NCBI RefSeq assembly: GCF_009914755.1
Contig: NC_060932.1
Source of the DNA: the human T2T-CHM13v2.0 reference genome, Homo sapiens
Direction: 5' to 3' (one strand)
DNA length: 64,000 nucleotides
The notes under the pieces were generated by a model. It saw only the letters and a program-made list of their open reading frames with translations. It had not been told where the DNA came from and searched no databases. The position numbers and the translations under genes were made by a program. Numbering within the stretch: position 1 is the stretch's first letter; each line of letters begins with the position of its first letter. Shown piece after piece: positions 25,967 to 41,317 of the stretch.

Positions 25967-28149
25967 AAAACTGTCACATTTTTTTTCTTCTTTTTGAAAT
26001 AATCTCGAAACACACCTGTGTTTATGGATGTGCTGTGGAAATATGTCACAGGCTCTCAGAACTCAATGGGACATTGTGGAGAAGGCAGGAGAGCACACAG
26101 AGTAATAATGAAAGGATGCAAATCTAGTGAGGGTTAGGAGCAACATCCCAGCCAAAAAGCACTGGAAGAAACTGAGGATGACTCAGTCCCTGTGCAGGTC
26201 ACCTCTGTCTGGCTTTTGTCCATGGGCAAGCAGTTGTAACTTGCTGGAGTTAAGGGCAGCTGTGTGTTTTCCCAGGCCCTCTGGGCCAAGGAGTGAGTCT
26301 TGGGAGAGCCCAAATGGGCATGCGTGTTCCCTTCAGTTCTGATCCTAATCTGTAGTCATTACTTTAATAGCACTTTATAGGTGTGCAGAGCTTTACGGAA
26401 AGTTTTATGGGCTGTTTCTCATCCACATCCCCAGGTGGGGCCCGTCATCCACCCACCACGTTGTGCAGGAGGGGACACAGAGGCCCGGGGTGGGCGTTGG
26501 CGAAGGGTGGCTGGCTCGTGTGCCATGTTACCTGTGTTTTAGCATCGTCAGATGTGTGTTGGCAGCACTCGTCGGTCTCACTGCTGGAGTTGGTGCTGCC
26601 TGACTTTCCCCACTTTACTATGGCATGGAGTCATATGAGGTCCACTTCATACCCATCATGGCCCAGGGAAAGAAAGAAAGAGGAAAGGATATCATAGGCC
26701 AGAGTCAGATGACGCTGAAGACCTTGCTATCCAGGCCGGTGGCTGCAGCTACGGCCCGTGCATCTGCAGTGTCACCGGCTGCCTGGAGCTCCTGTCTACC
26801 AGTGCCTGCCTGCCACGTCAGCCCGCCACTGCCTCATGGGCATGTTTCATTCCAGGACACACTGTGGGGGCATGGTTTCTGTCTCTGGGAGGGCAGGAAG
26901 CAGGCTGACAACCAGGCCGCTCTTCCACTGTGCTCAGCTACGGGTGAGACAGTCGTGCCCAGGAGCCAGGGGCATCTTTGAGTTTTAGTTGCCCATTCTG
27001 GCACATCGCTGCCTCTGGTGCAAAGAACATGTCTTGCTTTAGCCAGTGGGAATCAATGGCAAGGCACAGTTAGAAGTTCCTTTTCTGAATCCTATGTGCT
27101 GCAGTTCCACACTTTTCCCTAAGGTCCCTCAGCGCCGGCTTGTTGCCCAGGGCACACAGGTAGCACCAGGGTGGGTTCACTGTGGCTCCCACTCTGGGCC
27201 CCTAGCTGTGCAGGGTCCTGGGAGGGGCCTAGTCATGCGTTCACATGGCCACTGGTTTGTAAAAACTTTGCAAAAAGGAAAATGCTTTTGTATTCTTTAG
27301 GAGTTCCTCACCCCCTGCCCCAATTGTGCAAGCCTTAAACCTCATAACACTGGGCTCAGCCCCCGTGTGAGCACCCCTGTGATTGATCCCGTTCTTTCCA
27401 GAAGCTTCTCACGCAACCCTTGCCTGTTGCAGTGTACCCTACCACAGGGAAGCCTATGGGGCCAGGGAAATCCTCGCCTTCTCTCTGTTCCTGTGTTTTC
27501 ACCAACGCTAATCCTTGATTCCCTGACCTGGGCGACCCTCACTTCTGTCACCATCTGGTGACATCACACTCACTGTCCTAGTCCAGCTCAGACACGCCCA
27601 ACCTCACTCGGCAGAGCGGCCAGTCACTCTCCTCCCCAGGCGTCCTCCACAGGACTCGGGCAGACCTTGGTTACTTCGCTCACTGCTGGCCCTGGAACCA
27701 TCCGCCCTGTGCACTCTCTCCCGCGGGTGACCCACAGAGGCTGCTGGACAAACAAATGAATAAATATATAAATTAAAAAACCACCTGGGATGCCCTGTAG
27801 GTATGCTGTTAATCTTGGTGGTAAAGACCTGAATGAACCCTTCTGCGTCTCTAAGTTTAACTCCCATTTCCTTGGAAACCAAGACCTTGGGTTCTTTGTG
27901 TGTGTCCTTCTTGGGGCTCTGAGGCTGGGTCTGATGTGGCCATGACTATTCTCCTGCACCTGCTGGAGTGTAGCCTGGCAGAATTGGGGTGGGATATGGG
28001 CACGGAGACATAGGGAGAGCACTCCTCTCCTGCCCCAGCGTGGAGCAGCAGAAGAGGGCTGAGGGCAGAAGATTGCTGTCATCCATCTAGTCTGCCTTTC
28101 CTTTTGAGGAGGCTGTGCTCCTGGTTTCATCCCAGTGAAAGGAATTTGG

Positions 28150-28810
28150 AAGGGATGGCAGGGCAGGGGGCGGGGGCGTTGGGGGCGCGGGGAGGGGGGA
28201 AGGAGGGAGGAAGGAAGGAAAAGAAGAGAGAGACATCTATATGAATCTACTTAGCTGTCTGTCTATATATCTATCATCTATCCATCCGTCCATTCACCCC
28301 ATCTCTCTCTCTGTCTTTCCTTCTTTAATTATCGTTCCATACACTCCTTAATCCATATACACCCATCCATCAATCCAGCCAGCCATTCAGCTGTTCATCC
28401 TACCTTTTTCTTTCTCTTTATTTCTTTATTTCTTCCTTTCTCTCTTCTCTTTTCCTTTCTCTTTTTTCATTTTCTTTCTCTTTCTTTCTTTTCCTTTTTT
28501 CTTTTTTCCTTTCTTTCTCTCCTTTCTTCCTTCCTCCCTCCCTTTCTCTCCCTCCTTCCTTCCTTTCTTCCTTTCTTTCTCTCTCTCTTCCTTTCTTTTT
28601 CTTTCTTTCTCTCTTTCTTTCTTCTCTATTCATCCATCAACCTACCCACTCATATATCTGTACATTCAGCCAGCCAGCCATATATCCTCCTACCCACCCA
28701 CACCTCCATTCATCCATCCCATACCTTACCTGCCTTCTCACCCACCCATCTATTATCTATCCATCCATCCACTCTCCATCCATCCATTCATCCATCCATC
28801 CATTTACTCA
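28150..28810. repeat. Low-complexity block: G/GA-rich tract, (TCTA)/(TCCA)n and CT-rich tract
   Basis: Visible simple repeats; near-pure pyrimidine run at about 28400-28628. Confidence 0.85.
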
Positions 28811-30515
28811 CTGATATTTCAATTCTTAAAAGGGACATATAATGTTTGTTAGAAGTATAGAAAAAAATAACATCATAAAGAAAAAAGTAAGTCATCTATT
28901 GTCCACAACTTAGAGACACTAATGGTAATACTTTGGTTATATATCTATCAAGCCCCTTTTTCTTTTTTTGATGTAGATATAATGCATATATACATGTCTT
29001 TTGTAATAGACATTTTATCCATTAATATTAAATGAACTTTTTTCTATGCCATTAAATTCCATTTTTCTGCAAAAGATGTTCTCTTCCTAGTTGAAAGATT
29101 AATATAAAAAAACTGTGGGGGGGGGGGGCGGAAAGAAAAACCACCCACTCCATGACCTTTTTTCAACACACTCATGTTTGTACACTGAATTCCCTAGTCC
29201 CACATCCATGCACACATAATTGTACATGCTGTGAACATTGTGTAGCTATAGAGGCCACTTGCATTCAGCTTTCTCTGTTCAACATTCTGTTGTAGAAATT
29301 TTACCACATTCATATCCATCTTCATATTTATCATTTTTGATGACGCAGAATACCACACTTAATACAGGGGTCTTATTTTACTCGACCATCCCTTTGCTAT
29401 CAGATCACTAAATTGTTCCTTTTTTGCCATTATCAACAGCACCGCAGTGAACATCTATTGGTTTGCACCCACAGCTGGATTCCCATCAGGGAATCACTGG
29501 GTCTAAGCACATGAGCATATTTGCAGGCTTTGCTTCAAATGGTTCGTTGGTTTCCCAGAGTCTGAACTGATAGTCGAAGGAAAAATGACTCCTTTCCATT
29601 CCCAGAATGAATTCACTTTTTCTTAACGGGAAGAATTAAAGTCTGAAGACTATTTATAAGACTGCCTTCAATCTGACCGGGCTCCGTTGCGTCACTTGTC
29701 CTGGCACCTCTGCCTTCTCCTGTGCTTCCTGACGGCTTCCAATAGCAAATCGGGAACATCCATTTCCCCAGACACCACCGTGAATGACACACTCTTCCTT
29801 GGCTTCTGACCCATTTCTACTGCTGTCAGCCCAAGACATGTGAAAGTGGTTTTTATCCTGAGTTTAAGCGTCAACCACTTATATGGGGCAAAGTATTGCT
29901 CTATGAGTTACCAAGGCAACTGGATTGGTCCTCCCAGGTGTCCCAGGTGCATGCGCCCATGCTGCTGGCAGCATCCGCAGGTTGCTCAGAGCTCCTGATA
30001 CAGGGGGAGGATGCCCGAAAACAGTCGAGACCTGGGGGCATGGTCTGGCCCTACCCATCACTGGATTTTAATTGGGACTTGGGTAAATCCCTGGACCGGT
30101 TCTGTCATCTAAGGAGGTTATGAGTGGATTCATATGCATTTTAGAAATGGCAGAGCTGTATGTGAATGCATAGGAGGGCTATTGCCTATTTTGGAGTTCT
30201 TGAGACCATTTGGATGTTTTTAGGCCTGGAGGCAGATACTAGCTTGAAAAATCCAGAGCCACGTGTTCAGCGATTGTCACATGGTATGGATTGTGAGGGA
30301 GAAATGAGGGGAGAGGACCCCCCGAGTAAACTTAATGTAGACTATAGAGGAACACTGTCAGTTTCCTTCTTTGGGCGCAAAACTGGGATTGAAAGAGACC
30401 ATTTGGGTCCTTTTTTAGCCTATTCTCCTTCCTCTAGTGAGGATGTCCTCTTTGCCATTCTTGGTAGATGGGCTTCTATTTGGCTGGAGAATCCTGAAAA
30501 GAAAGAGGAATTGCT

Positions 30516-30835
<320 letters not shown>

Positions 30836-33800
30836 TTAGTCTAACAAGCTTCATCATCCAAAAGTCCTTCCTTCCGTCTCACCTAAGTCCCTCCTGCTGC
30901 AGTCCAGGTCCATGTCTGCTGACGTCATCTGCAGAGGTTGGAGCAATCCTGGTCCCTGCTGGCTGGCTGCACCCTTCTTTCCCCTGGGGACTGTGTTTGA
31001 GCCTCGGGTAGGGCCTGTGGTTTCCTCTAGACCCCCTCTCTGGTGTGCGTTCCCCTTACTTAGAGGCCGAGTGTCGCGTGGATGTGGGGGTGGGAGGGAG
31101 GAGATAAGGCTCATTATACAAAGAATGGGAGAGGAAAGTGGGGTTTCAGCAGGGGATGAGACGGGGTGCTCTGCGGGTGCTTCTGGAATGTTCTGCATGT
31201 AGGTGTAGTGTGTAGTCATTTCTCAGAGGCTCATGCTCATTCCTGGCTCAAATGGTGTTTGGTTCCCCATCCCTGACCACTGTCCTTTCTTATGGTTACT
31301 CATCTCCATCTGTCTGAGTGGCTGTGGGGTGGCGTGGTTCTGGGACAAAGTTGGAGGGGGGACGATAAAACGTGGACAATATTCCACCCAGAAAAGTCAC
31401 TGGCTTCTGATGAATGAAAGGTCTGCAGCCTCCAGGGGCCTCAGGGAGGCTGGTCATTGGGTTTTAGATGTTCCGATGTTGACACCTGTGAGGTAAGGCT
31501 GTGATTTCCAGGCCTGAGAGGTCGTGCAAAGTGGGTGGGTGGCCAGAGGCATCCCTGGCTTCCTGCTTTCTCAGCACAGTAGCTGGTGTTCCCATCCTAT
31601 CAGAGAACCCGAGAGGGCTTCGTAGCTCCTCCATCCCCATCCCTGGGAGCCACAGAACTTTCTTTTTCTTCATTCCTTTCCCTGAAAAACAGCAGCACCG
31701 GCTCCCACAGCTCAGGGCACCGTGAAAGTCATGGAAAGCATGAAACATCATAAGATCTGCAGGAGACAGGAGACTGTAAGGGATCCATCCTGTCCTCCCA
31801 TCAGGCCATTCGGAGGCATCCTGAGGTAAACAGCAGAGTTGCATTGGTGCCAAAAAGAACCGAGGCTTGAAATTAGAAGACTGTAATCCTTAATCAAGCT
31901 CTGTAAGCTTGAAAAATAAAATCACTGACTGTTTAGGCTGGCGGGAGTCACTGTCAAGCTCAGATTTGATGAAAGAGGAAGTGGAGGCCCAGACAGCGAA
32001 TGGTGTCCTCCCCAGGGCACAAAGCAGAGAGAAGTCGGTGAAGGATTGTGGGGGGAGCGTGGGTGGTAGGGGGAGAGCTGGGGAAGTGGGATCTCCCGGA
32101 GCCAGGGTGAGGGCACAGGGCTGCGGAGAGAAGCCCCCAAGGCCGAGCTTTTGGAAGGGCTCTGCTGCATCAGGGTCTCAGCAGGGGGCAGGGGCTGGCA
32201 GCACAGCTCCAAAGGTGTAGGGTGAAGCGGGGAAGGGGCCGGGAGTGCAGGCGGGAGGGGATATCGAGGCTTAGGGCTTCCATGTATTTAGGAGTCTTCC
32301 CAAGGCCTTTGCTCTCATGCTGCTTGTCTCTGTGGGTACTGGCCCAGGACAGCAGGGCTGAGAAGAGGCTCCGGAGGAGGGGGCGTTCCAGTGTGCACCT
32401 GCAGGCCCACCGTGGGAGGGAACAGGTGGTGGCTTCCGACAGCCCGGGCTGGCATAGATGGGTCCAAGGAGCCCACCCCGACATCCCCAGCACCCTAGGC
32501 CCTTCTGTCGGTTTTCTGCCATACTGTGACCAGGCTGCAGGGCCCTAGTAGGCGGCGGGTGTCCCAGGGCGCCTGGCAAGGCAGGCAGAGCTAGGGGCAG
32601 CAGACCCAGCACACAGCACTCCAGTCTCCAAGGAGGAGGAAGGCTCGCAGGAGGGGCCGGAGAAGGCCGAGGAGCAGTGGCTGCTGAGTGTTTTCCTGCC
32701 CATGGGAGCTGCTGTGACCAGGAGCAGGAGGATGTGGCTGGAGCCCAGTGTTTCCTGCCTGATAAGCCGGCCCCTCCCTGCAGAGCCCCGGCCGCCCTAC
32801 CTTCGCGCCTGCTGAGAGCCCTGCCCAGGGAAGGGCTGGCCCAGGAGGAAAATCACTTCTCCAGATTAGCTCGCTCCGGCCAGCCTTCCTTCCCCACCCT
32901 GTCCCAGCAGCCACAGGAAGCCGGCAGGGGCCCAGCAGCCCAGAGGTCCCTGCCTCGGAGCACTCAGCCTCTCTGAGGGCCCCACCACCCCGGTCCCCCC
33001 AAGACTTTGGTCTTCTTGCTCCAAAGTCAACGATTTTCAAGGATAGCAGTGACTGCACATCATTTGTCTTTATCAGACCCCCTGCCTGGCATTTGGGCTT
33101 AGAAAATTGGTCACTTTATTCATGAAGACTCCATGGACCAGCCTTTTTCCACCTGGTCAGTTGCTGTCTCTGTGGTCACCTTGGAAGGACATCCTCTGAG
33201 CTGAGGTTGTGGGCTTTGGATGCAGGCTGGCACAGAGAAAAGGCAGGGGCTGGCATCCCAGGACCCCAACGCCACCCTGGCTCTGCCCTGAGCTGTGTGG
33301 CCTGGATGAGTTCCCACCCCTCCCTGAGCCTCGCTGCCCGTCTGTTACTGGAAGGGCTGAGCCACATGGGAGCTCAGGGTCTCCCTCCCTCCCAGAAGCA
33401 TCAGGAATGATGAGGGGTGCTGGCCACTCCCAAGGGCAGCCCAGAGTCCCGATTCCCGCTGAGGAAGAGGGCGGCGGCTGGAGGGAGAACTCCCCCTTTT
33501 CAGTGTCATCTTGGGCTGACCCTCTGGTTTTTCCACTCTCTGTCCTGCCCCTCTAGGGCCAGTCTCCTGCCCTGGGGGATTGGGATGTGTGGCTCCAGCT
33601 TGGGGATGGGAGGTGCACAAGATGGAGGGACAAGAGAGGAGGTGGTCAGGAGGCCTGTGTCCGGGAGAGATGCCTGCAGCATCTGCCAAGTGCCCTAGCT
33701 GTGAAATAAGGACCGAGGTCCTGGGAGACTAGAAGCCTGCTCAGAGGCACTGTCGCAGATGTGAGCTTCCCCAGGCCTGCGCCAGCTCTCAGACAAGCCT

Positions 33801-36736
33801 CCTGCCGCAGCACAGCCTCCGATGCGCCCCGGGCCCAAGGGACTCCCCTCAACCTGTAGGTGGGCCCCACCTTCCCTACAGACCTGCCTCCCAAGCCCCA
33901 CTGACACAGGCACTCCCGCCTTCCTCAGGGAGCTGGCTGTTGGTAACAAAAGGTTCATGAAGGGGGTGTTTACTGGCCAGGAAAGATGAACCTATGCTTG
34001 CCTTGGTGACAACACTGGCACGTGTGTCCCCGAGAGCTGACTGCACAGGCACGTTGGAGAACAGGCTGCAGCTCTGCCGTTCGAATCTGCGAGGTGCGGC
34101 GTCACTTCAGGATTTCATGCCACCCTCCCGGCAATCCTGACGCAGACATGCTTCTGTCCTTTCACAGGTGGCAAAGCTGATGCTAAGGCCGGGTGAAGTG
34201 CCGAGGGAGGCCACACAGCTGGGTGGGCCGGGTCTCCACCGATGGAGCAGCACACACGGCTGGGGAGTGGGAGCCTGGCCCCCAGCTCCCCTAGCCTCCC
34301 CAACTCTCCTGCCCCGGTTCAGGCCCAGGAGGGGCGGCCATCACTCGGGCTGCTCCTGGACGTGAGCCTCCCCCATCAGCAGCTAAGCCTGGGGTCCTGA
34401 AACAGCTGGTGGGTGGCCCAGAGGCAGGTGGGGAGTTCTCTGTGTAGTGAGACCATCTGCACCCAGGCGTCTGGCATTGGGCTGCCCCTGCTGCCTGTGT
34501 CTCCCGAGCATGGAGGGGCGGGTGAAGGAAGGTTGGGGTCTATTTAGGCCTTTTCATCTAATGCTCTGTGGGGCTTTCCACTGTGTGACCTTGGGCAAGT
34601 TGCTTCCCCTCTCTGGGGCTCAGTAAATTAAAAGGCAGGACTCGACAGTTTCCAAGAGCTGGAATATTCCTGGTTCTCTGAGTCTGTGAAAAGGGAGAAA
34701 GGAAAAGGGGAGGGTCCCCTCCTCTCTGACCCTGGCCTTGGCATGGGGTGGTCTCTAGGGAGGTGGCAGCGGGGGAGTGACCTGGGTGGGGGTCCCACTG
34801 CACACAGCCGTCGCAGGGTGAGCCTCAGGTGCTGTGCATGGCTGGGCTGGAGCCACAGTTACTGCATCCAGGCAGGGAACACCTCCCACGACACCATCTC
34901 CATCCTGCCTCAGCTGCCCTGGGCTGCTGCCACACCTTCTGTCACCAGGCCATGGCAAGGGGCCCCCAGACACCTGGCCTGGCCTTGTTCCCATGCATAA
35001 CTGGCCCTGGCCCCGCCTCCTAGGAACTCTGCCCTGCCTTGCCCACATCACCCGATCCCTCCACCCCTCCACCCTGGGTGTTGGACTGGACGGGATGGGG
35101 CAAGAGTCCGCTGTCATCTGAGCCCAACCTTGTGGATCCTCATGTAACCCTGGCACTCAGGAGCGCCCTCCCTGCCAGGCTGGGCCTGGTGTGAGGCTGC
35201 TGCTGGTCTCCTGTGGGAGGCAGGGGCTCGGTGCCCCATGGACTCCCAAATTCCATGCTTTGAATCCTAACATGACTGTCCGCCCTAGACTGTCACCCCA
35301 TCACTCACTGGCTATGACCCTGAGTCTCCCCTGTCCCATCCGGCTAGAGAGATGATGCTTCCAAAAGATCTAACGACGTTTCCTTTTTACTTAAAAAGTT
35401 TTATCTGTCCAATCCTGCCAATAAGATAAAGCTTAAACTTCACAGGGGGACATTCAAGGCCTTTTATAATCCAGTCCCAACTTACCTGGCCCTCGTCACC
35501 TTATGCAGTCCCGATGACACACTGTGTGTTCCAGGCATGGCCAATTTCCAAATAGGATATGTTGCCTCATACCCCAGTGCTTTTGCATAAGCTGTTCCCT
35601 CTGGAATACCTTTCCCCACACCTTTTCTCCGTGGGTTCCTGCTCCGGTCTCAGGACCCAGCACAGTGTTCCCCCTCTCAAAGAGCCTTTGCAACAGCCCT
35701 CCACCCACTCAAGCCTACCCTCGCCCGGTCCCCAGCCATGTAGTTTGCAGGCCCATTTTCTGTACCTTCTCACAAGCCTCTCACATAGCTCTCACAGTGT
35801 CATGATGCAAGCTCTGTTTTTAAGTCTGTCTCCTCCCACTAGTCTGGAAATGTATTTATCTGGGAAAGGCATTTTATATATCTTTCACGCCATGGGGCCT
35901 GCCAGGCACATAGTAGGTGTCCAATCAATGCTTGTTGGAGGGTTGAATAGCTACCCAGGGTGCAAACACTGACTGGTCCACCCTCTGCTCAGCCTGTGAT
36001 CTTAGACCATTTGTTTCATTTCTCTGTGGCTCAATTTTTCTGTCTGTAAATTGGTCCTGCTTTTGGCCAAGAGGTTTCAGATTACGGTGATAGAAGCAAC
36101 AGGAATGGCTTAGGAGAGGGCCGAGGGTGAGATGTTAATTCCTAATACAATTGACTCTCGATGATCCCTGGAAAAGTTTAATTCTTCACTGGATCCCTGC
36201 CACTTCCTGGGCTGTGTCCGTACCCCACCCTTTCCATCAGTCAGGAATGCTATTTGTAACACTGTCCTCACCAAAGTGTGTGATTAGGAAGAAAATATGT
36301 GACACATATGGACACACACACACTTCACAAAATCTGGCTCTCCTGTTGACCCCATTGGGACAGGTCCTGGTGGGGCTGACACTGATGATTCATGTTAGGA
36401 TTTATCTCAGTAAGGAGTAGGCTGCTCACTCTATAGTAATAAGGGTGCTAAGTTCTCTCTGGAAGTAAAGTGGCCCTTCGGTCAGTTATTCTTCCAAGCC
36501 CAATTACAAACCTTTTATTTTAAACATGTCGTGTAGGTACACGTAGGAGACTTGTAAGTACAGAGACACAACGAAGAGAAAGCGTGCAGCGGGAGATTCC
36601 CCTATCGTCTCACTGTGCAAAGGCATCTTTTGTCAGTATCTTGTTGTACTGCTTCTAGATTTTTTTTTCCAGATGTGTGTGCTCATGTAAATAACTTTCT
36701 TTTAGAATGTTGGGTTTGCATTGTTTTGGAAACTTA

Positions 36737-37491
<755 letters not shown>

Positions 37492-39079
37492 CTCACTTTC
37501 TAAATGTTAAGTTCTGTTATTCCATTGAATATCCGTTTCCAAAGAACATGTTTCCCATTCTGCTCACAATCATCCGATCCCCTCCCCACCCAGCCAGTCA
37601 GCCCTGGTTGGAAAGGCCTCTCTGGCAGCCTGGGACATAGGGATGCCCACTTTCAATTCCATGCTGGGTACCCAGGAGGGAAGTGACTTGTCTGAGGGTT
37701 ACAGAGTGAGTCAGCAGCTTGGCCCCAGCTACCCCGAGTGCTGGGAACTGGCCCCGGGTTGGCCTCAGCCTCTGACGTGTGCCGTCTTGCTCAGGGCGGA
37801 AACCTGTCTTCCTGGGGAGGAGGGGCAAAGGCCCCGGGGTGCCCCTGGCCTGGAGATGCCTCCCTTTGCTAGAAACTGCACAGGAGGCTTGTGGTGGGCA
37901 TTTTCCTAAGTGTGTCTCTCCTGTCCAGCTGGATTGTGGCCCTGCAGCATGTGGTCTTCCTGGTTCCTATGCCCCAAGGTGGAGCCCCATCCAGCTCACT
38001 GCTGAGGGGAAGGGAAGTGCGATTCAAAGGGGAGCGACCTAGGCCCAGTGCGCAGCTCCTCCACCTTGTTAGCTGAGACCCACATGAGTCACTGCATTCC
38101 CCTGAGCCCCGGCTTCCTCATTTGGAGGAATTGGGATCCTGAGACCCCCTCACCCAGTGGAGAGGTGCAATGAATTTCACACTGTGGTCAAATGACTCAA
38201 AGCAAGTGCTTGCTCCATAAATGGGCACTTTTCCTCCTGCTTTGTCCTGTCATTGCCCATCTTGGAATCTCAGAGGCTTCCTACCAACTGGACCGGAGCT
38301 CGGAGTCTCAGCCTCACATTCAGGGCCCTTGGCTGCATTCCCCCATTAATGATTGTTGGCACCAAGACAGGCTTGGTAGAGGGCATGTGACACCTTGGTA
38401 AGCACGTGGCGAAAAGACAGTAGGGCGCGCTGGGCAAAGGCAGCTTTGAGACAGGTCTCTGAGTTCCGATTTTGAACTTGGTGCACAGAAGCTCCCCAAT
38501 TGCCCCCTTACACAGAAATTCTGGAACCCATGGCTTCCCCTGGCTACCCCCGGCAACGTGTCTCTGACCACTGCCTTTAACTACCTTCCAATCTCCTTCT
38601 GCAGTCAGCCTCTGCTTAATTCAGGGTTGGCCCTGCCCAGCCTCCCTCCCAGGCCCCCTGTCCCCAAGTCCTGACTCTTCTGTGATGGGGTTCTGCCTCT
38701 TTGTTGGGGGGAATGATCTCCTTATGGATTGAGTGTGGGATATTTTGGCCTCTGGACTTGATCAAACTCCTAGAAGAGTAGAACATTGATCAGTGTGCAG
38801 GGTGATTTAGGGAAAGGAGTGGATGGTTAGGTCTGCCGGGCCTGGGGTAAACTCCAACCAGTTACTTAGTATCTAGGGAACAACAGAAATTACCCAGTTC
38901 TTATCCATAAAATGAGGATAATGAAATGAAATGCCTGACCCATGGTAGATACTCAATATCAAGAGAGAGACTGCTTTCATTATATTATTTTGTATCCTCC
39001 TCTGTGCCTCACGCATTCCAGGGCTTCCACAAATGCTCATGAAATGTGGAAGCTGCCCACTATCAATGTGACAGCCAAT

Positions 39080-39845
39080 GTGACCAACTGGGTCACTGTG
39101 AATGGCTGGACCATTGAAAATGACTGGATCAGTGTGAATGACCAGGTCAATGTGATCAACTAGATCAGTGTGATCAACCGGGTCAGTGTGATCGAATGGA
39201 ACTGTGTGATTGACCAGGTCTGCATAATCGACTGGATTAGTGTGAATGACAAAGTCAGTGTGATCGACTGGGTCTGCATGATCAACTGGAAGAGCGTGAT
39301 CAACTGGATCCATGTGATCAACTGGATCTGTGTGATTGACCAGGTCTGTGTGATTGACTGGATCAGTGTGAATGATGGGGCCAGTGTGATCAACTGGGCC
39401 AGTGTAATCAATTAGATCAATGTGATTGACTGGATCAGTGTGAATGACTGGATCAATGTGATTGACTGGATCAGGGTGAATGACTGGATCAGTGCAATTG
39501 ACCAGATCAGTGTGATCAACTGCATCAGTAAGATCGACCGGGTCAGTGTGTTTGACTGTTAGTGTGATTCACTGGGTCAGTGTGATCGACTGGATCAGTG
39601 TGATTGGGTCAGTGTGTTTGACTGAATGAGTGTGATTGACTGGGTCAGTGTGTTTGACTCAATGAGTGTGCTTGACTGGGTCAGTGTGATCACCTGGATC
39701 AATATGATTGACCAGGTCAGTGTGATTTACTAGATCAGTGTGATCGACTGGATTAGTGTGATCGACCAGGTCAGTGTGATTGACTGGGTCAGTGTGATTG
39801 ACTGGATCAGTGTGATTGGCCAGGTCAGTGTGGTCGACTGGCCCA
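39080..39845. repeat. 18-bp minisatellite, about 42 degenerate copies, consensus approximately CTGG(A/G)TCAGTGTGAT(T/C)GA
   Basis: Directly visible tandem array; a 16-bp and a 14-bp variant unit near 39556 and 39603. Confidence 0.95.
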
Positions 39846-40488
39846 TGACTGGCACCAAAGCAGGCCAGCCTTTGGCCTGCATGAAGTGGGCAGTGCCACC
39901 CAGCGGCATTTTTGGACCCGAGTCTGAGCTCCTTTTCCACGTTGACAGCCTCACCCTGTTTATAGGGTCCCTTCTGTGCCCAGTTTCTGAAAAGTTTTCA
40001 AAAACTCCTTACAACAGTTTGGAGTGTGGCATTTTGGGGGATGAAGATTCACGAGGAACCCAGGAGGTTGAGTTTCCTATGGGAAAGGCCGCAGTCTTCA
40101 CATGCCTTAAGCTTGCATTGAGGTGTGACATGGGGGACCTGGGTGGGAATCCAGACCCTGTGTTGCAACCTGCACTGCCAATAACCAAGACAGTGACTTT
40201 GGACAAATCCTCTTCTTCCCGTTTTCCTTTTCCTCAGCCAGAGGTGGCTGAGGTGGGTTACCCCTAGGATTCCAAAGCTCTAATATTTTAGGACCCCGAG
40301 GTCACAAAACCTTCTAGTCTCAAATAAGTTATCAAATTAATATTTTATTCTAAAATTTCAGGGAGAGTAGTAGTGACTATTTGGGTTGAGGGAAGGTTAC
40401 CGTTGAGTAATGGCTGGTTGCATTAATTAATTGATTTCTCTACTTAGTTGTTTATTCAAGTCTTCCTTAATGTAGTGTTCTGTGCCAT

Positions 40489-41273
<785 letters not shown>

Positions 41274-41317
41274 GACAGAGCTCATGCTGGCATATGGGAA
41301 CACAAAGATGAAGTCCC

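Noticed and set aside
39080-39845. CRISPR-like or operator array
   Set aside because: Head-to-tail units with no unique spacers, no cas genes, human context: a minisatellite.
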